Assembly (NCBI GenBank): GCA_963663885.1
Contig: OY760647.1
Span: 3,617,256 to 3,681,255, forward strand
Direction of reading: 5' to 3'
Source of the DNA: Caldilineaceae bacterium
GTDB lineage: Bacteria > Chloroflexota > Anaerolineae > Caldilineales > Caldilineaceae
Length of the DNA: 64,000 bases
Positions 40,200-49,760 of the stretch are shown here, piece after piece. Under the pieces are notes generated by a model, which was not told where the DNA came from, ran no database searches, and saw nothing but the letters and a program-made list of their open reading frames with translations. A program made the position numbers and the translations under genes. Numbering within the stretch: position 1 is the first letter of the stretch; the number at the start of each line of letters is the position of its first letter.

Positions 40200-41198
40200 T
40201 TAGCCCATGGCAGGTGCCGAACTGCCCATGTCGCCGCCCATGGCTCCTCCGCCCATGGCGGCTCCCATGGCACCGTTCGCCTCGGCCTTGGCCCCGGTCT
40301 CGACTTTGGACGGCCACTTGCAGCCGCCTTCCTTGTCGGGGCGCACGTGGGCAAACCGATCGGTCTGGATGCCCTTGTAGGCATAGGGATCGGTTCCGGC
40401 CACCATGATGATGTCCCGGAAGTCCGCCATGCCCATGCCCGTACCGGATTCGGGCAGGCGCCAAGGCAGCAGCGACTCCGCGCTCATGTAGTGGTTGACC
40501 AAGGCCCGGCGGAAGCCCGTTTCCGCGTAGTTCGGCAGGGAACGGTGCAGGAGATAGCCGTTGAAGAAAACGACCGAACCGGCCTTGGCCGGCACCATGA
40601 CCCCGTCATCGTCCGTAAACGGGAAGTCGAAGGTCTCCTGCGCACAGTCGTAACGTTCGTCGTCGTGGTCCCGGAATGGCCACAGGGTGCGGAGGCGGTG
40701 GGAGCCCGGAATGGCCCACAGGCAGCCGTTTTCCGGCGTGGCGTCCTCCAGGGCCATCCAGGCGGCGGTCAGCGAACAGTCGCGGGTGGGAATGAAGGCC
40801 TCGTCCTGGTGCCAAGCCTGGCCCGGCTTGCCGGCACTCTTGATGAAGAGCATGGATTGCATGCTCTTGACATTGGGGCCAATCAGTTGTGTCAGGCCTT
40901 CGACAATGCCGGGCTGGGTGACCGTGTCCAGCATGACGTCGGAAATCTTGTGGGGAAAGTGGACGCACAGCGTGCGTGCGATGATGTCCTCATCGCTCTC
41001 GGACGGATCAAAATCGGGCAGGCCCTGTACCAGCCCGCGCTCGCCGCGGCAGATCCGGGCCGTTTCGTCGCGCAGGCCCTGCAACTCCTCGGCCGACAGA
41101 ACATCCTCGACCACCAGGTACCCGTTCTCGTGATAGAAGTTGACTTGCTCGTCCGAAAGCAGGCGGACATCCGTTTCGATCATGGGGGCAACAGCCAT
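40200..41198 (-). CDS. PhyH-family dioxygenase with Met/Gly/Ala-rich C-terminal tail
   Basis: PhyH-like core (WHQDEAFIP...H...); tail ...AEANGAMGAAMGGGAMGGDMGSSAPAMG; 66 nt downstream of ABC permease on same strand. Confidence 0.75.
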   Translation of the reverse strand: MAVAPMIETDVRLLSDEQVNFYHENGYLVVEDVLSAEELQGLRDETARICRGERGLVQGLPDFDPSESDEDIIARTLCVHFPHKISDVMLDTVTQPGIVEGLTQLIGPNVKSMQSMLFIKSAGKPGQAWHQDEAFIPTRDCSLTAAWMALEDATPENGCLWAIPGSHRLRTLWPFRDHDDERYDCAQETFDFPFTDDDGVMVPAKAGSVVFFNGYLLHRSLPNYAETGFRRALVNHYMSAESLLPWRLPESGTGMGMADFRDIIMVAGTDPYAYKGIQTDRFAHVRPDKEGGCKWPSKVETGAKAEANGAMGAAMGGGAMGGDMGSSAPAMG

Positions 41199-41264
41199 GT
41201 TGGCAATCCTTACTCAAGAGGTTGGCGAGGGACAGGGATCATATAAGAGCGCGGACATCGGCCT

Positions 41265-42098
41265 TTACCGTCCGGCCAGGCCGGTCAGCTGAATGCCTTG
41301 GACAAAGCGCTTCTGGGCTGCGAAGAACAGCACCAGGACGGGCACGATGGTCATGACCGAGGCCGCCATGACCAGGTGCCAGAAGTTGCCGAAGCGGCCC
41401 TGGAACCAAAGCAGGCCCAGCTGCAGGGTGAACATTTCGTTGGCCGAGATGTACAGCAGGGGTCCGAGGAAGTCATTGTAGTGCTGCAGGAAGGCGAAGA
41501 TCGCGATTGTGGCAATCGCCGGACTGCACAGGGGCGTGATGATCTGCCAGAGAATGCGGAAGTTGGCGGCCCCGTCCATGCGGGCCGCCTCGTCCAGTTC
41601 CCGCGGCAGCGTCATCATGTACTGCCGCATCAGGAAGATGTAGAAGGCATACCCGAACCAGGCGGGAATCCACAAGGGATAGAACGTGCCCACCAGTTGC
41701 GCGTAGCGGAAGATGATGTACAGCGGAATGATGGTGACAACACCCGGCAACATGAGGGTGGCAATCAGCATCCCGAACACGGCGTTGCGTCCCGGCCAGT
41801 TGATGCGCGACAGGCCGAACCCGACCAGCAGCGAACTCAGAACGCAGCCCGCGGCGCCCATCAGGGTTACATAAAAGGTGTTGACGAAGAACCGCGAGAA
41901 GAGGGGCAGCTTCTCGAACACCTGTGGATAGTTGTACCAGCGCGGGTTTTCCGGGATCCACCGGATCGGGGTCTCGAAGACCAGTCCCGGCGGCTTGAGG
42001 GCCGTCGAGAACATCCAGACCAGCGGCAGCAGGAAGGAGATGCCCAGCACCCAACAGATGATGTGCCAGGGCAGGTTGGCGAAACGGGCGGTGCGCAT
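41265..42098 (-). CDS. carbohydrate ABC transporter permease (MalG-like)
   Basis: EAARMDGAANFRILWQIITPLCSPA EAA loop; TM pattern. Confidence 0.85.
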   Translation of the reverse strand: MRTARFANLPWHIICWVLGISFLLPLVWMFSTALKPPGLVFETPIRWIPENPRWYNYPQVFEKLPLFSRFFVNTFYVTLMGAAGCVLSSLLVGFGLSRINWPGRNAVFGMLIATLMLPGVVTIIPLYIIFRYAQLVGTFYPLWIPAWFGYAFYIFLMRQYMMTLPRELDEAARMDGAANFRILWQIITPLCSPAIATIAIFAFLQHYNDFLGPLLYISANEMFTLQLGLLWFQGRFGNFWHLVMAASVMTIVPVLVLFFAAQKRFVQGIQLTGLAGR

Positions 42099-42105
42099 GG
42101 CAGTG

Positions 42106-43002
42106 TCAGTTGCTCGATTCGCTTTCGTAGTAGACCCAGGTGCGGGCGAAGCGGAACTGGATCACGGTAAAGATCATGATGATGATGAACAGGACCCAGG
42201 CCAGGGTGGCCGCATAGCCCATGTCGAACCACTCAAACGCGTTGCGATAGATGTGCAGCACCATGAACAGGGTGGAGTCCTGGGGGCCGCCCCTGGTCAT
42301 GATGAAGGCGTTGGTGAAGACCTGGAAGCTTCCGATGACGCCGATCACCAGGTTGAAGAAGAAGATCGGCGAAATGGCCGGGATGGTCACGTGCAGGAAG
42401 CTTTGCCAGGTGTTGGCGCCGTCGATCTGGGCCGCGTCCTTCAGTTCCGGGGACACGCTTTGCAGGCCGGCCAGGAAGATGATCATCTGCGGCCCGACCA
42501 GCCACAGACTCATCAGGACGAAGGCCGGGCGCGTAAAGGCGGGGTCGAAGAGCCACTTGATGGGCTCCACCCCGAACCAGCCCAGGATTTGATTGAGAAT
42601 GCCCCACTCCGGGTTGAGGATCTGGATCCAGACCACGGCGAAGGCCACCGCCGGCGTGATGGAGGGGATGTAGAAGATGGTGCGGTAGACGCCCAGACCC
42701 TTCATGGGCTGGTTCAGCAGCAGGGCCAGGCCAAAGGCGGCCAGGAGCTGCAGGGGCACGCTGAAGAAGGTGAAGTAGAACGTGTTGTAGAGCGACTTGT
42801 AGAACAGGGGATCGCGCCCGTCCACCAGCTTGGCCAGGTTCTTCATGCCGACGTAGTCGGGCCGGGTAATCAGGTTCCAGTCCAGCACGACCAAGACAAG
42901 GGAATAGAGCATCGGCCCCACCCACAGGAGCAGGGCGCCCAGTACGAACGGCAGCGTGAACAGGATGCCGTCGCGTAAATCGCGGCGTTGGGAGGCCGTC
43001 AT
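42106..43002 (-). CDS. carbohydrate ABC transporter permease (MalF-like)
   Basis: ELKDAAQIDGANTWQSFLHVTIPAISP EAA loop; TM pattern. Confidence 0.85.
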   Translation of the reverse strand: MTASQRRDLRDGILFTLPFVLGALLLWVGPMLYSLVLVVLDWNLITRPDYVGMKNLAKLVDGRDPLFYKSLYNTFYFTFFSVPLQLLAAFGLALLLNQPMKGLGVYRTIFYIPSITPAVAFAVVWIQILNPEWGILNQILGWFGVEPIKWLFDPAFTRPAFVLMSLWLVGPQMIIFLAGLQSVSPELKDAAQIDGANTWQSFLHVTIPAISPIFFFNLVIGVIGSFQVFTNAFIMTRGGPQDSTLFMVLHIYRNAFEWFDMGYAATLAWVLFIIIMIFTVIQFRFARTWVYYESESSN

Positions 43003-43146
43003 GGCGCGGAGGCAATCGCAGGCGGGCGGATTGGGTCCGGTCGATGGTATCCGACTACAGGATGTCCGGATACTTCGGTCCCGAGCAAGGATCGGGACCG
43101 GTCGGGCTGTGCACCCGCGGGTGCACAGCCCTGAAGTTGGTGTTGC

Positions 43147-44529
43147 TTAGGCGCGTTCGGCGTGGTACCGATCGAGGGCCCCCTGAATTTCCTCCTGGGC
43201 CGTCTTCACGGCCGTGTCCGCAGTTTCCTGCAAACCAAGGAGCTTGTCCCACAGCGATGTGATGGCTGCGCCGCCGTAGGCGTGCAGTTCGGCGCCTTCG
43301 CCGAAGACCACCGGTGTGGCCCCTTCCGCCATGGAGTTCGCAAAGGCGGCGGTGTTCTCGAAGTTGTACTTCTCGCTGGCAATCGGGGCCCACAGGTTCT
43401 CAATGTTGCGCGGCGTGCCGCACAGGCGGCCACCGTTGGCAATGATGGCCTGCCCTTCGTCGCTCAGGATGAAGTCGACCACGCGCCAGGACTCGTCCTT
43501 GTGTTCGGACGGGGACGTGATGCAGTGGCCGTGCACATGGCCGAAGGTGTAGTTGGTGGCGTCCACCCCGACCGGAGCCAGTGCCACGTCGAAGTTGATG
43601 CCTTCCTCAGTCGTGGCCAGCTCGCCGTACAGGCGCGGCATGAACCAGGGACCCTCCAGTACCATGGCCACGCGTCCGGTGTCCACGCCGACGCCGCCGC
43701 CCGCGATCACGTCCGGTCCCGGGGACCAGCCGTTGGCGATGGTGTCGTAGACCACGAACTGCAGGCCTGAAATCACGTCCTCGTGGTCCCAGCGGGCCTC
43801 GGTGGGCTCGACAATCGTGTCCCACTCCACGTGGCCGTTGCGACGCATGAAGTTGGCGCAGCGGCCGTACCCGCCGTTCCAGCCGGCCGCCTGGCCCCAG
43901 CCGTAGGTCTTGGAACCCTCCTCTTCGTATGACAGCGTCTCGATGGTGGACTTGAAGTCATCCCAGGTCCAGCCGGCCGCCGGGTAGGCCACGCCCTTGG
44001 CGTCGAAGATGTCCTTGTTGTAGTAGATGACCAGCGGCCCCGTGTCGGTCGGGGTCATGTAGGTGGCCCCGTCCCACTGGGTCATGCTGTCGTAGTTTTC
44101 GTTGCGCGGGAACATGTCGCCGGAATCCGTGGCGGCAATGAAGTCGTCCAGGGGCGCCAGGACGCCGTTTTCGGCGTAGGACTGGAACTGCCAGCCCTGG
44201 TAGTAGAGGATGTCCGCAGAGGTGTTGCCGGCAAAGTTGGCCTGGATTTTCTGGTAGTAGCCGCCGGGATACTGCTCCACGGTGACATTGAGGTCGTCGT
44301 TGGCCGCCATGAAGGCGTTGACCATGTTGTCGTAGACCACGGCATCCTGGACATCGGCCCAGGCGGACAGACGCAGGTCCACCACTTCGGCGGAGGGTGC
44401 GGCCCCGTCGCCGGTCGCCGCCGGCGCGCCCGGTGCGGCACAGGCCGCGGCCAAGCTCAGGCCGCCGGCCACCGCCGTCAGGCGCAGAAAGCTGCGCCGG
44501 CTCAATCGATTCTGGATTCGTTCGGACAT
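43147..44529 (-). CDS. ABC transporter substrate-binding lipoprotein (TAT-exported)
   Basis: MSERIQNRLSRRSFLRLTAVAGGLSLAAAC (TAT motif + lipobox); AAGGAG RBS; track start 44559 is an upstream GTG. Confidence 0.85.
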   Translation of the reverse strand: MSERIQNRLSRRSFLRLTAVAGGLSLAAACAAPGAPAATGDGAAPSAEVVDLRLSAWADVQDAVVYDNMVNAFMAANDDLNVTVEQYPGGYYQKIQANFAGNTSADILYYQGWQFQSYAENGVLAPLDDFIAATDSGDMFPRNENYDSMTQWDGATYMTPTDTGPLVIYYNKDIFDAKGVAYPAAGWTWDDFKSTIETLSYEEEGSKTYGWGQAAGWNGGYGRCANFMRRNGHVEWDTIVEPTEARWDHEDVISGLQFVVYDTIANGWSPGPDVIAGGGVGVDTGRVAMVLEGPWFMPRLYGELATTEEGINFDVALAPVGVDATNYTFGHVHGHCITSPSEHKDESWRVVDFILSDEGQAIIANGGRLCGTPRNIENLWAPIASEKYNFENTAAFANSMAEGATPVVFGEGAELHAYGGAAITSLWDKLLGLQETADTAVKTAQEEIQGALDRYHAERA

Positions 44530-44642
44530 AGCGTCGCTCTGCTCCTTGGCTGACAACACTTAACAAAAAGAGGAAATCCGCTCGCGGCCAAGCATCCTGT
44601 CTCGGCCGTGCGGCCAAGCCACAGGTGCCCCGCAGGAGGGAA

Positions 44643-44715
44643 TACCCTCGACAGGACTCGAACCTGTGCTCCCGGCTCCGGAGGCCGGTGCTCTATCCAA
44701 CTGAGCTACGAGGGC
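44643..44715 (-). tRNA. tRNA-Arg (anticodon CCG)
   Basis: GCCCTCG-TA-GCTC-AGTTGGATA-GAGC-A-CCGGC-CTCCGGA-GCCGG-GAGC-ACAGG-TTCGAGT-CCTGT-CGAGGGT-A cloverleaf; 73 nt, CCA not encoded. Confidence 0.85.
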
Positions 44716-44795
44716 TGGAAAGCGGGATTATACCAATGGATCCCAGCTGAAACCCGGGACCGTGCAACTGGCGCGGCGCGAACCTGCGAGCGGCA

Positions 44796-45077
44796 TCAAC
44801 CGGGGTTGCCGCCGCTGATGGCCGGAACGAAGTGAATTTCGCTGTCCGACGAGACCTCACTGCCCAGTTTTTTAGTCTTGATGATTCCGTCCACGGCGAT
44901 GGCGATGCCCGGCCGCACGCGGTCCCCGTCGAACAGACGGGCGCGGATACCGGGACACTCCGCCTCGAGGTTGTCAAGGACCTCGCGAATTGTTGTGCCG
45001 GGGACGTCCAGATTCTCCCGGCCCTCGCTCAGGGAGCGCATCAGGGGCGGAATCCAGACGCTGGGCATGGGCGGCAT
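44796..45077 (-). CDS. MoaD/ThiS-family ubiquitin-like sulfur-carrier protein with 3-residue extension after the Gly-Gly
   Basis: ...LGSEVSSDSEIHFVPAISGG-NPG*; beta-grasp-like pattern; downstream of molybdoenzyme operon. Confidence 0.5.
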   Translation of the reverse strand: MPPMPSVWIPPLMRSLSEGRENLDVPGTTIREVLDNLEAECPGIRARLFDGDRVRPGIAIAVDGIIKTKKLGSEVSSDSEIHFVPAISGGNPG

Positions 45078-45131
45078 CCCCGGTGCCGGACCGGCGCCTA
45101 CGCAAGGGCCGGTCCGGTGAGGGAGTTTGGT

Positions 45132-47387
45132 TCAGGCACCGCTGTTCTGGAGTTCCAGGACCTTGCCCGGCGACATCGGCAATTCGGTGGGCCGGATGCC
45201 GAGCGCATCGTGCAGGGCCGCGGCCAACGCGCCGGCCGGCGGGACAATCGGGGTCTCGCCGCAGCCGCGCACGCCGTAGGGGTGGTCCGGCCAGGGAACC
45301 TCCACCAGCACCGTTTCAATCATCGGCAGGTCGAGCGCCGTGGGCATGCGGTAGTCCAGCAGGCTGGCATTGAGCAACTGCCCGTCCTCGGAGTAGATGT
45401 ACTCCTCGTTCAGCGCCCAACCGATGCCCTGGGCGACACCGCCCTGAATCTGGCCTTCCACGTAGCTGGGATGGATGGCCTTGCCCACGTCCTGCAGGGC
45501 CGTGTAGCGCAGGATGTCCACCTTGCCCGTGTCGGGGTCCACCTCGATGTCCACGATGTGGATGCCGAAGCCGGCGCCCCATTCGGGCGGCGCCACGGAC
45601 GCCGTACCGACAATCGGCTCGCCGGCGGCGTCGGCCTTTTCGGCCACCTCGTTGAAGGGCATGGACGTGCCGTTGTGGGAGAAGACGCCGTCGCGGTAGG
45701 ACACCTCGGAGACGTCCACTTCCATCAGGTCCGCGGCGCGGCGCGTCATTTCCTCCTTGAGCACTACGCCCAGTTCATGGACGGCCATGCCCGTGACGGC
45801 AGTGGTGCGGCTGCCGCCGGTCAGGTCGGTGTAGCCCACCGCTCCGGTGTCGGCCACACGGGTGTTGATCTGCTCGTACGGGATCTCCAGGGTTTCGGCC
45901 AGCTGCATGGCGATCGAGGCGCGCGTGCCGCCAATGTCGGTCGAGCCTTCCAGCAAATTAATGGAGCCGTCGCCGTTGACGTGGGCCGAGGCGCTCGACT
46001 TGCCGCCCCAGTTCATCCAATATCCGGCCGCCACGCCCCGGCCCCGGTTGGCACCCTCCAGCGGCGTAGCGAAGTGCGGATGGTCGATCGCCACTTCCAG
46101 GGTTTCCTTCAGCCCCACGCGTCCGTGGGGCAGGCCGTTGACCTGGCGGTCGCCCTCCTCCACAGCGTTGAGCAGGCGGAACTCCAGCGGACACATGTCG
46201 ACGGCCCGCGCCAGTTCGTCCACCACGGTCTCCGAGGCGAAGGCCGCGTTGGTCCCGCCGGGAGCCCGGTAGGGGGAGGCCTTGGGCTTGTTGACGAGCA
46301 CGTCGTAGCCGTCCAGCGTGACGTTGGGAATCTTGTAGGGCGCCAGGATCACAAGCGCACCGGACGGGAGCGGCGAGCCCGGATAGGCACCTGCTTCGTA
46401 GGCCATGAAGACCTCGGCCGCGGTGACGCGTCCGTCTCTGGTGACGCCCATCTTGACCTTGATGTGGGAGCCGGATGTTGGGCCCGTGGCCTTGATGACG
46501 TCGGTGCGCGACATGCAGACCTTGACCGGCTTGTTGCCGGCCTCGCGGGACAGGATGGCAGCCACCGGCTCGACGTAGACCGGGATCTTGCCGCCGAAGC
46601 CGCCACCGATCTCGGTCGGCACGACCGTGATTTCCGCGACCGGCTTTTCCAGGATGCTGGCCAGCTGGCCGCGGGCCGCGAACGCGCCCTGGGTGCTGGT
46701 CCACACCGTCAGCTGCCCGTCCTGATTCCACTGGGCCGTGGCTGCGTGGGGCTCGATGTAGCCCTGGTGCACGGTGGCGGTGTCGAACTCCCGCTCGACC
46801 ACCACGTCCGCTTCCGCAAAGCCCTGTTTGATGTCTCCCAGCTGGTGTCGGAAGTGGGCGGCGATGTTGGTTTCCGCGTCGATCTGTTCGCCCAGGCCGT
46901 CGGTGCGCAGTTCCGGGTGCAGGATGGCCGCGTCGTCGGCCATGGCCTCCTGGACTGTGCGGACGGCCGGCAGGACCTCGTAGTCCACTTCAATCAGGGC
47001 GGCCGCGTCTTCCGCGGTACCCAAGTCCACGGCGGCCACTGCCGCCACGGCGTGGCCGTCGTAGAGGGCCTTGTCGCCGGCCAACACGTTGTTGGAGGCG
47101 TAGCGCATATTGGCGCTGCCGCCCTCGCCCAGTTCCTCGATCACGTCGCCCAGCTGCGGCAGGTCGGCGCCGGTGACCACCGCGCGCACGCCCGGCAGGG
47201 CCTCGGCCTTGGAGGTGTCGATGCTCCGGATGCGCGCGTGACCGTGCGGACTGCGCAGCACCACGCCGTAGAGCATGCCCGACATCTGCGTGTCGTTGCC
47301 GTAGACCGCCCGGCCCGTGACCTTGTCCACGCCGTCGGGACGCAGCGGGCGCGATCCGATTACCTTGAATTGCCCATCACTGGCCAT
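45132..47387 (-). CDS. xanthine dehydrogenase/aldehyde oxidase-family molybdopterin-binding subunit
   Basis: MASDGQFKVIGSRPLRPDGVDKVTGRAVYGND..., GGGFGGK motif; loop YRAPGGT (neither form I nor form II CoxL); AGGAGC RBS. Confidence 0.85.
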   Translation of the reverse strand: MASDGQFKVIGSRPLRPDGVDKVTGRAVYGNDTQMSGMLYGVVLRSPHGHARIRSIDTSKAEALPGVRAVVTGADLPQLGDVIEELGEGGSANMRYASNNVLAGDKALYDGHAVAAVAAVDLGTAEDAAALIEVDYEVLPAVRTVQEAMADDAAILHPELRTDGLGEQIDAETNIAAHFRHQLGDIKQGFAEADVVVEREFDTATVHQGYIEPHAATAQWNQDGQLTVWTSTQGAFAARGQLASILEKPVAEITVVPTEIGGGFGGKIPVYVEPVAAILSREAGNKPVKVCMSRTDVIKATGPTSGSHIKVKMGVTRDGRVTAAEVFMAYEAGAYPGSPLPSGALVILAPYKIPNVTLDGYDVLVNKPKASPYRAPGGTNAAFASETVVDELARAVDMCPLEFRLLNAVEEGDRQVNGLPHGRVGLKETLEVAIDHPHFATPLEGANRGRGVAAGYWMNWGGKSSASAHVNGDGSINLLEGSTDIGGTRASIAMQLAETLEIPYEQINTRVADTGAVGYTDLTGGSRTTAVTGMAVHELGVVLKEEMTRRAADLMEVDVSEVSYRDGVFSHNGTSMPFNEVAEKADAAGEPIVGTASVAPPEWGAGFGIHIVDIEVDPDTGKVDILRYTALQDVGKAIHPSYVEGQIQGGVAQGIGWALNEEYIYSEDGQLLNASLLDYRMPTALDLPMIETVLVEVPWPDHPYGVRGCGETPIVPPAGALAAALHDALGIRPTELPMSPGKVLELQNSGA

Positions 47388-47404
47388 GGTATTAGCTCCT
47401 GGTT

Positions 47405-47890
47405 TTAGGCGGAGAGGACGTCTGCGGAGTCCTGAACCGCCCGGACGATTTTGTCGTAGCCGGTGCAGCGGCAGAGGTTGCCGGCCAGCCACAAGCGGAT
47501 TTCGTGTTCGGACGGGTTCGGGTTTTCATCCAACAGGGCCTTCGAGGAGACGATGAAGCCCGGTGTGCAAATGCCGCACTGGAGGGCGGCGTGTTCGAGA
47601 TACTTTTCCTGGATGGGGTGCAGGCCTTCGCCGGGCCAGGTATCCGCCACGCCCTCGATGGTCAGGACATCGCGTCCCTCGATTTCCACGGCCAGCACCA
47701 GGCAGGAATTGACGAGCACGCCGTCCAGGATGATGTTGCAGGCGCCGCAGTTTCCGTTGCCGCAGCCTTCCTTGGCACCGGTCAGCTCGAGCGTGTCCCG
47801 CAGGACTTCCAGAACGGTCTGCCGGGGTTCGCACAGGAACGCCTTCGGCTCCCCGTTGATGGTGGTGTTGACGACGGTTTTCTTGCTCAC
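47405..47890 (-). CDS. (2Fe-2S)-binding small subunit
   Basis: GCGNGNCGACNI and QCGICTPGFI motifs; GTG start with GGAGGAGAA RBS. Confidence 0.85.
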   Translation of the reverse strand: MSKKTVVNTTINGEPKAFLCEPRQTVLEVLRDTLELTGAKEGCGNGNCGACNIILDGVLVNSCLVLAVEIEGRDVLTIEGVADTWPGEGLHPIQEKYLEHAALQCGICTPGFIVSSKALLDENPNPSEHEIRLWLAGNLCRCTGYDKIVRAVQDSADVLSA

Positions 47891-47954
47891 TTAGTGGGTT
47901 CTCCTCCGGGGCCCGGACACGGGCAGGTTGGACTAAGGCGATGGTTCTTGGGGA

Positions 47955-48818
47955 TTAGCTGCGGGCTCGGTCGACGGCAATCTGCATGGCGCGTCGGGTG
48001 AGCACGTTGGACAGGTGCTTGCGCTGGGCGACGGTGCCCCGCATGTCGCTGATGGGCTTGGCGGCCTGTTCGGCGAGGCGTCCGACCTCGGTGATGAGGG
48101 CTTCCGACAGTGCCTGGCCGGCCATGGCGTCGCTGCATTCCTGTACAAACAGGGGTATCGGAGCCACGGCGCCCAGGGAGACGCGTCCCTCGACGACCGT
48201 GTCGCCGTCCAGGACCACCGACACGCCGGCTCCGACCACGGCGATGTCCATTTCGTTGCGCGGAATGAACCGCAGGTAGCCGGCTCCGAAACCGGCCGGC
48301 GGCGTCGGCAACGACATGCTGACCAGCAGCTCGCCGACTTCCAGGACGTTGCTGCCCGGACCGGTGCAGAAGTCCTCGATCGGAACCGAACGGCTGCCGT
48401 CGGGGCCGAAGATGTTGGCGACGGCCTTGTGGGCAATCAGGTTGGGGATCGAATCGGCGGCCGGGGAGGCGTTGCAGAGGTTGCCGCCGAAGGTGGCCCG
48501 CCCCTGGATCTGGGTCCCGCCAATCAGCGAGGAGGAGTCGTGCAGGGCCGGGTAGTTGTCCCGTACCATCTCGCTGGCGTTCAGGATGTGGCAGGGCACG
48601 GCCGCGCCGATGGTGAGGCCGGAGTCATCCAGGTCGAGGACGTTGAGTTCGTCAATCTTCTTGATGTCGACGATGACGGAAGGATCCCCCTTCCCGTCCT
48701 TCATGGCGGCCAGCAAATCGGTGCCGCCGCTCAGGATCGAGGCATTGCCGTTCTGTGAGGCAAGCACGGCGACGGCCTCGTTGAGACTGGTCGGCGCAGC
48801 GTAGTCGAAAGCGTGCAA
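47955..48818 (-). CDS. FAD-binding medium subunit
   Basis: ILSGGTDLLAAMKDG FAD motif; TTG start with GGGAGGTG RBS. Confidence 0.8.
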   Translation of the reverse strand: MHAFDYAAPTSLNEAVAVLASQNGNASILSGGTDLLAAMKDGKGDPSVIVDIKKIDELNVLDLDDSGLTIGAAVPCHILNASEMVRDNYPALHDSSSLIGGTQIQGRATFGGNLCNASPAADSIPNLIAHKAVANIFGPDGSRSVPIEDFCTGPGSNVLEVGELLVSMSLPTPPAGFGAGYLRFIPRNEMDIAVVGAGVSVVLDGDTVVEGRVSLGAVAPIPLFVQECSDAMAGQALSEALITEVGRLAEQAAKPISDMRGTVAQRKHLSNVLTRRAMQIAVDRARS

Positions 48819-49292
48819 CTCAACACCTCCCGGGTGTCCGGATCATGTGATTTTGATGTGCGTTTGAAGCCAGGTGAATTCGGCTGGAAATGTTAGCACA
48901 GTAAATCGGGCGGCCTGCCGTATGACAAGGGCGAGATCAGGGCAAGCGCATTCAAGTTTGGGGGGCGCCACGGGCGCAGAGGATCGTTGTGCTGGACGCC
49001 TGCCACTCGTCGCGGCACAGAGAAAACACGCCGGCCGGAGCATCGGGTGGTGTGCGAACGGGCCGAACCCCAAAGCCTGCTCACGGGTCCGTCGAAACAG
49101 AATGCGATTGCCTTGAGGTCGGGGCTTTGTTCCACGGTGGCTCGCAACCGTGTCGGGATTCGGTCGTCCGCAAACAGGCGTGTAGAAATCTGTGCAACCT
49201 CGTTCGCCGCCGCGAGAAGGGCCGCGCCCCGATTGCTCTATTTCGCGGGGCTGCCTGCGGCATGCGGCGGCGCGTCCTTGCCTAGGGTCTGT

Positions 49293-49760
49293 TTACACTA
49301 ATCGCAAGGCTTCGGCGATCAGGGCCAGCAGGACAAAGGCCCAGTACATCACATCCAGCTTGTCGAAGCGGGTGTAGACCCGACGCCAGCCCTTGAGCCG
49401 CCGGAACAGCCGCTCCACCTCGTTGCGCCGCTTGTACAGCTCGCGGTCATAGTCCCAGGGCTCGCGGCGGTCGGACCGGGGCGGCACGACCGGCAGGAAG
49501 CCCAAGTCCGTGGCCAGCCGGCGGGTCTCATCGCCCTCGTAGGCCCGGTCCATCACCAGCGCCAGGTCGTCCGGCAGCAGGTCGTGGTCGGCCAGGGGAC
49601 CCAGTTCCCGGAGGAGTTGGCGGCCGTGGGGGGCGTCCCCCGCCTGGCCCGGCGACAGGGCCCCGGTCACCATCGTGCGTTCATCCGCGGCAACCAGGTG
49701 AATCTTGGTGGTCCAGCCGCCGCGGGAGCGGCCGATGGCCTGCGGTCCGTTTTTTTGGGC
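49293..49760 (-). CDS. IS5-family transposase OrfB (DDE part), expressed as OrfAB by -1 frameshift at A7
   Basis: GRSRGGWTTKIHLVAADERT...LVMDRAYEGDETRRLATDLGFLPVVPP...; track ORF 49293..50132 N-terminal 120 aa is out-of-frame read-through. Confidence 0.6.
   Translation of the reverse strand, partial: AQKNGPQAIGRSRGGWTTKIHLVAADERTMVTGALSPGQAGDAPHGRQLLRELGPLADHDLLPDDLALVMDRAYEGDETRRLATDLGFLPVVPPRSDRREPWDYDRELYKRRNEVERLFRRLKGWRRVYTRFDKLDVMYWAFVLLALIAEALRLV

Noticed and set aside
41298-42978. Plus-strand ORFs 41298..42170 and 41932..42978
   Set aside because: Antisense to the MalG/MalF-like permeases.
44832-47408. 858-aa plus-strand ORF
   Set aside because: Antisense to the xanthine-dehydrogenase-family large subunit 45132..47387.
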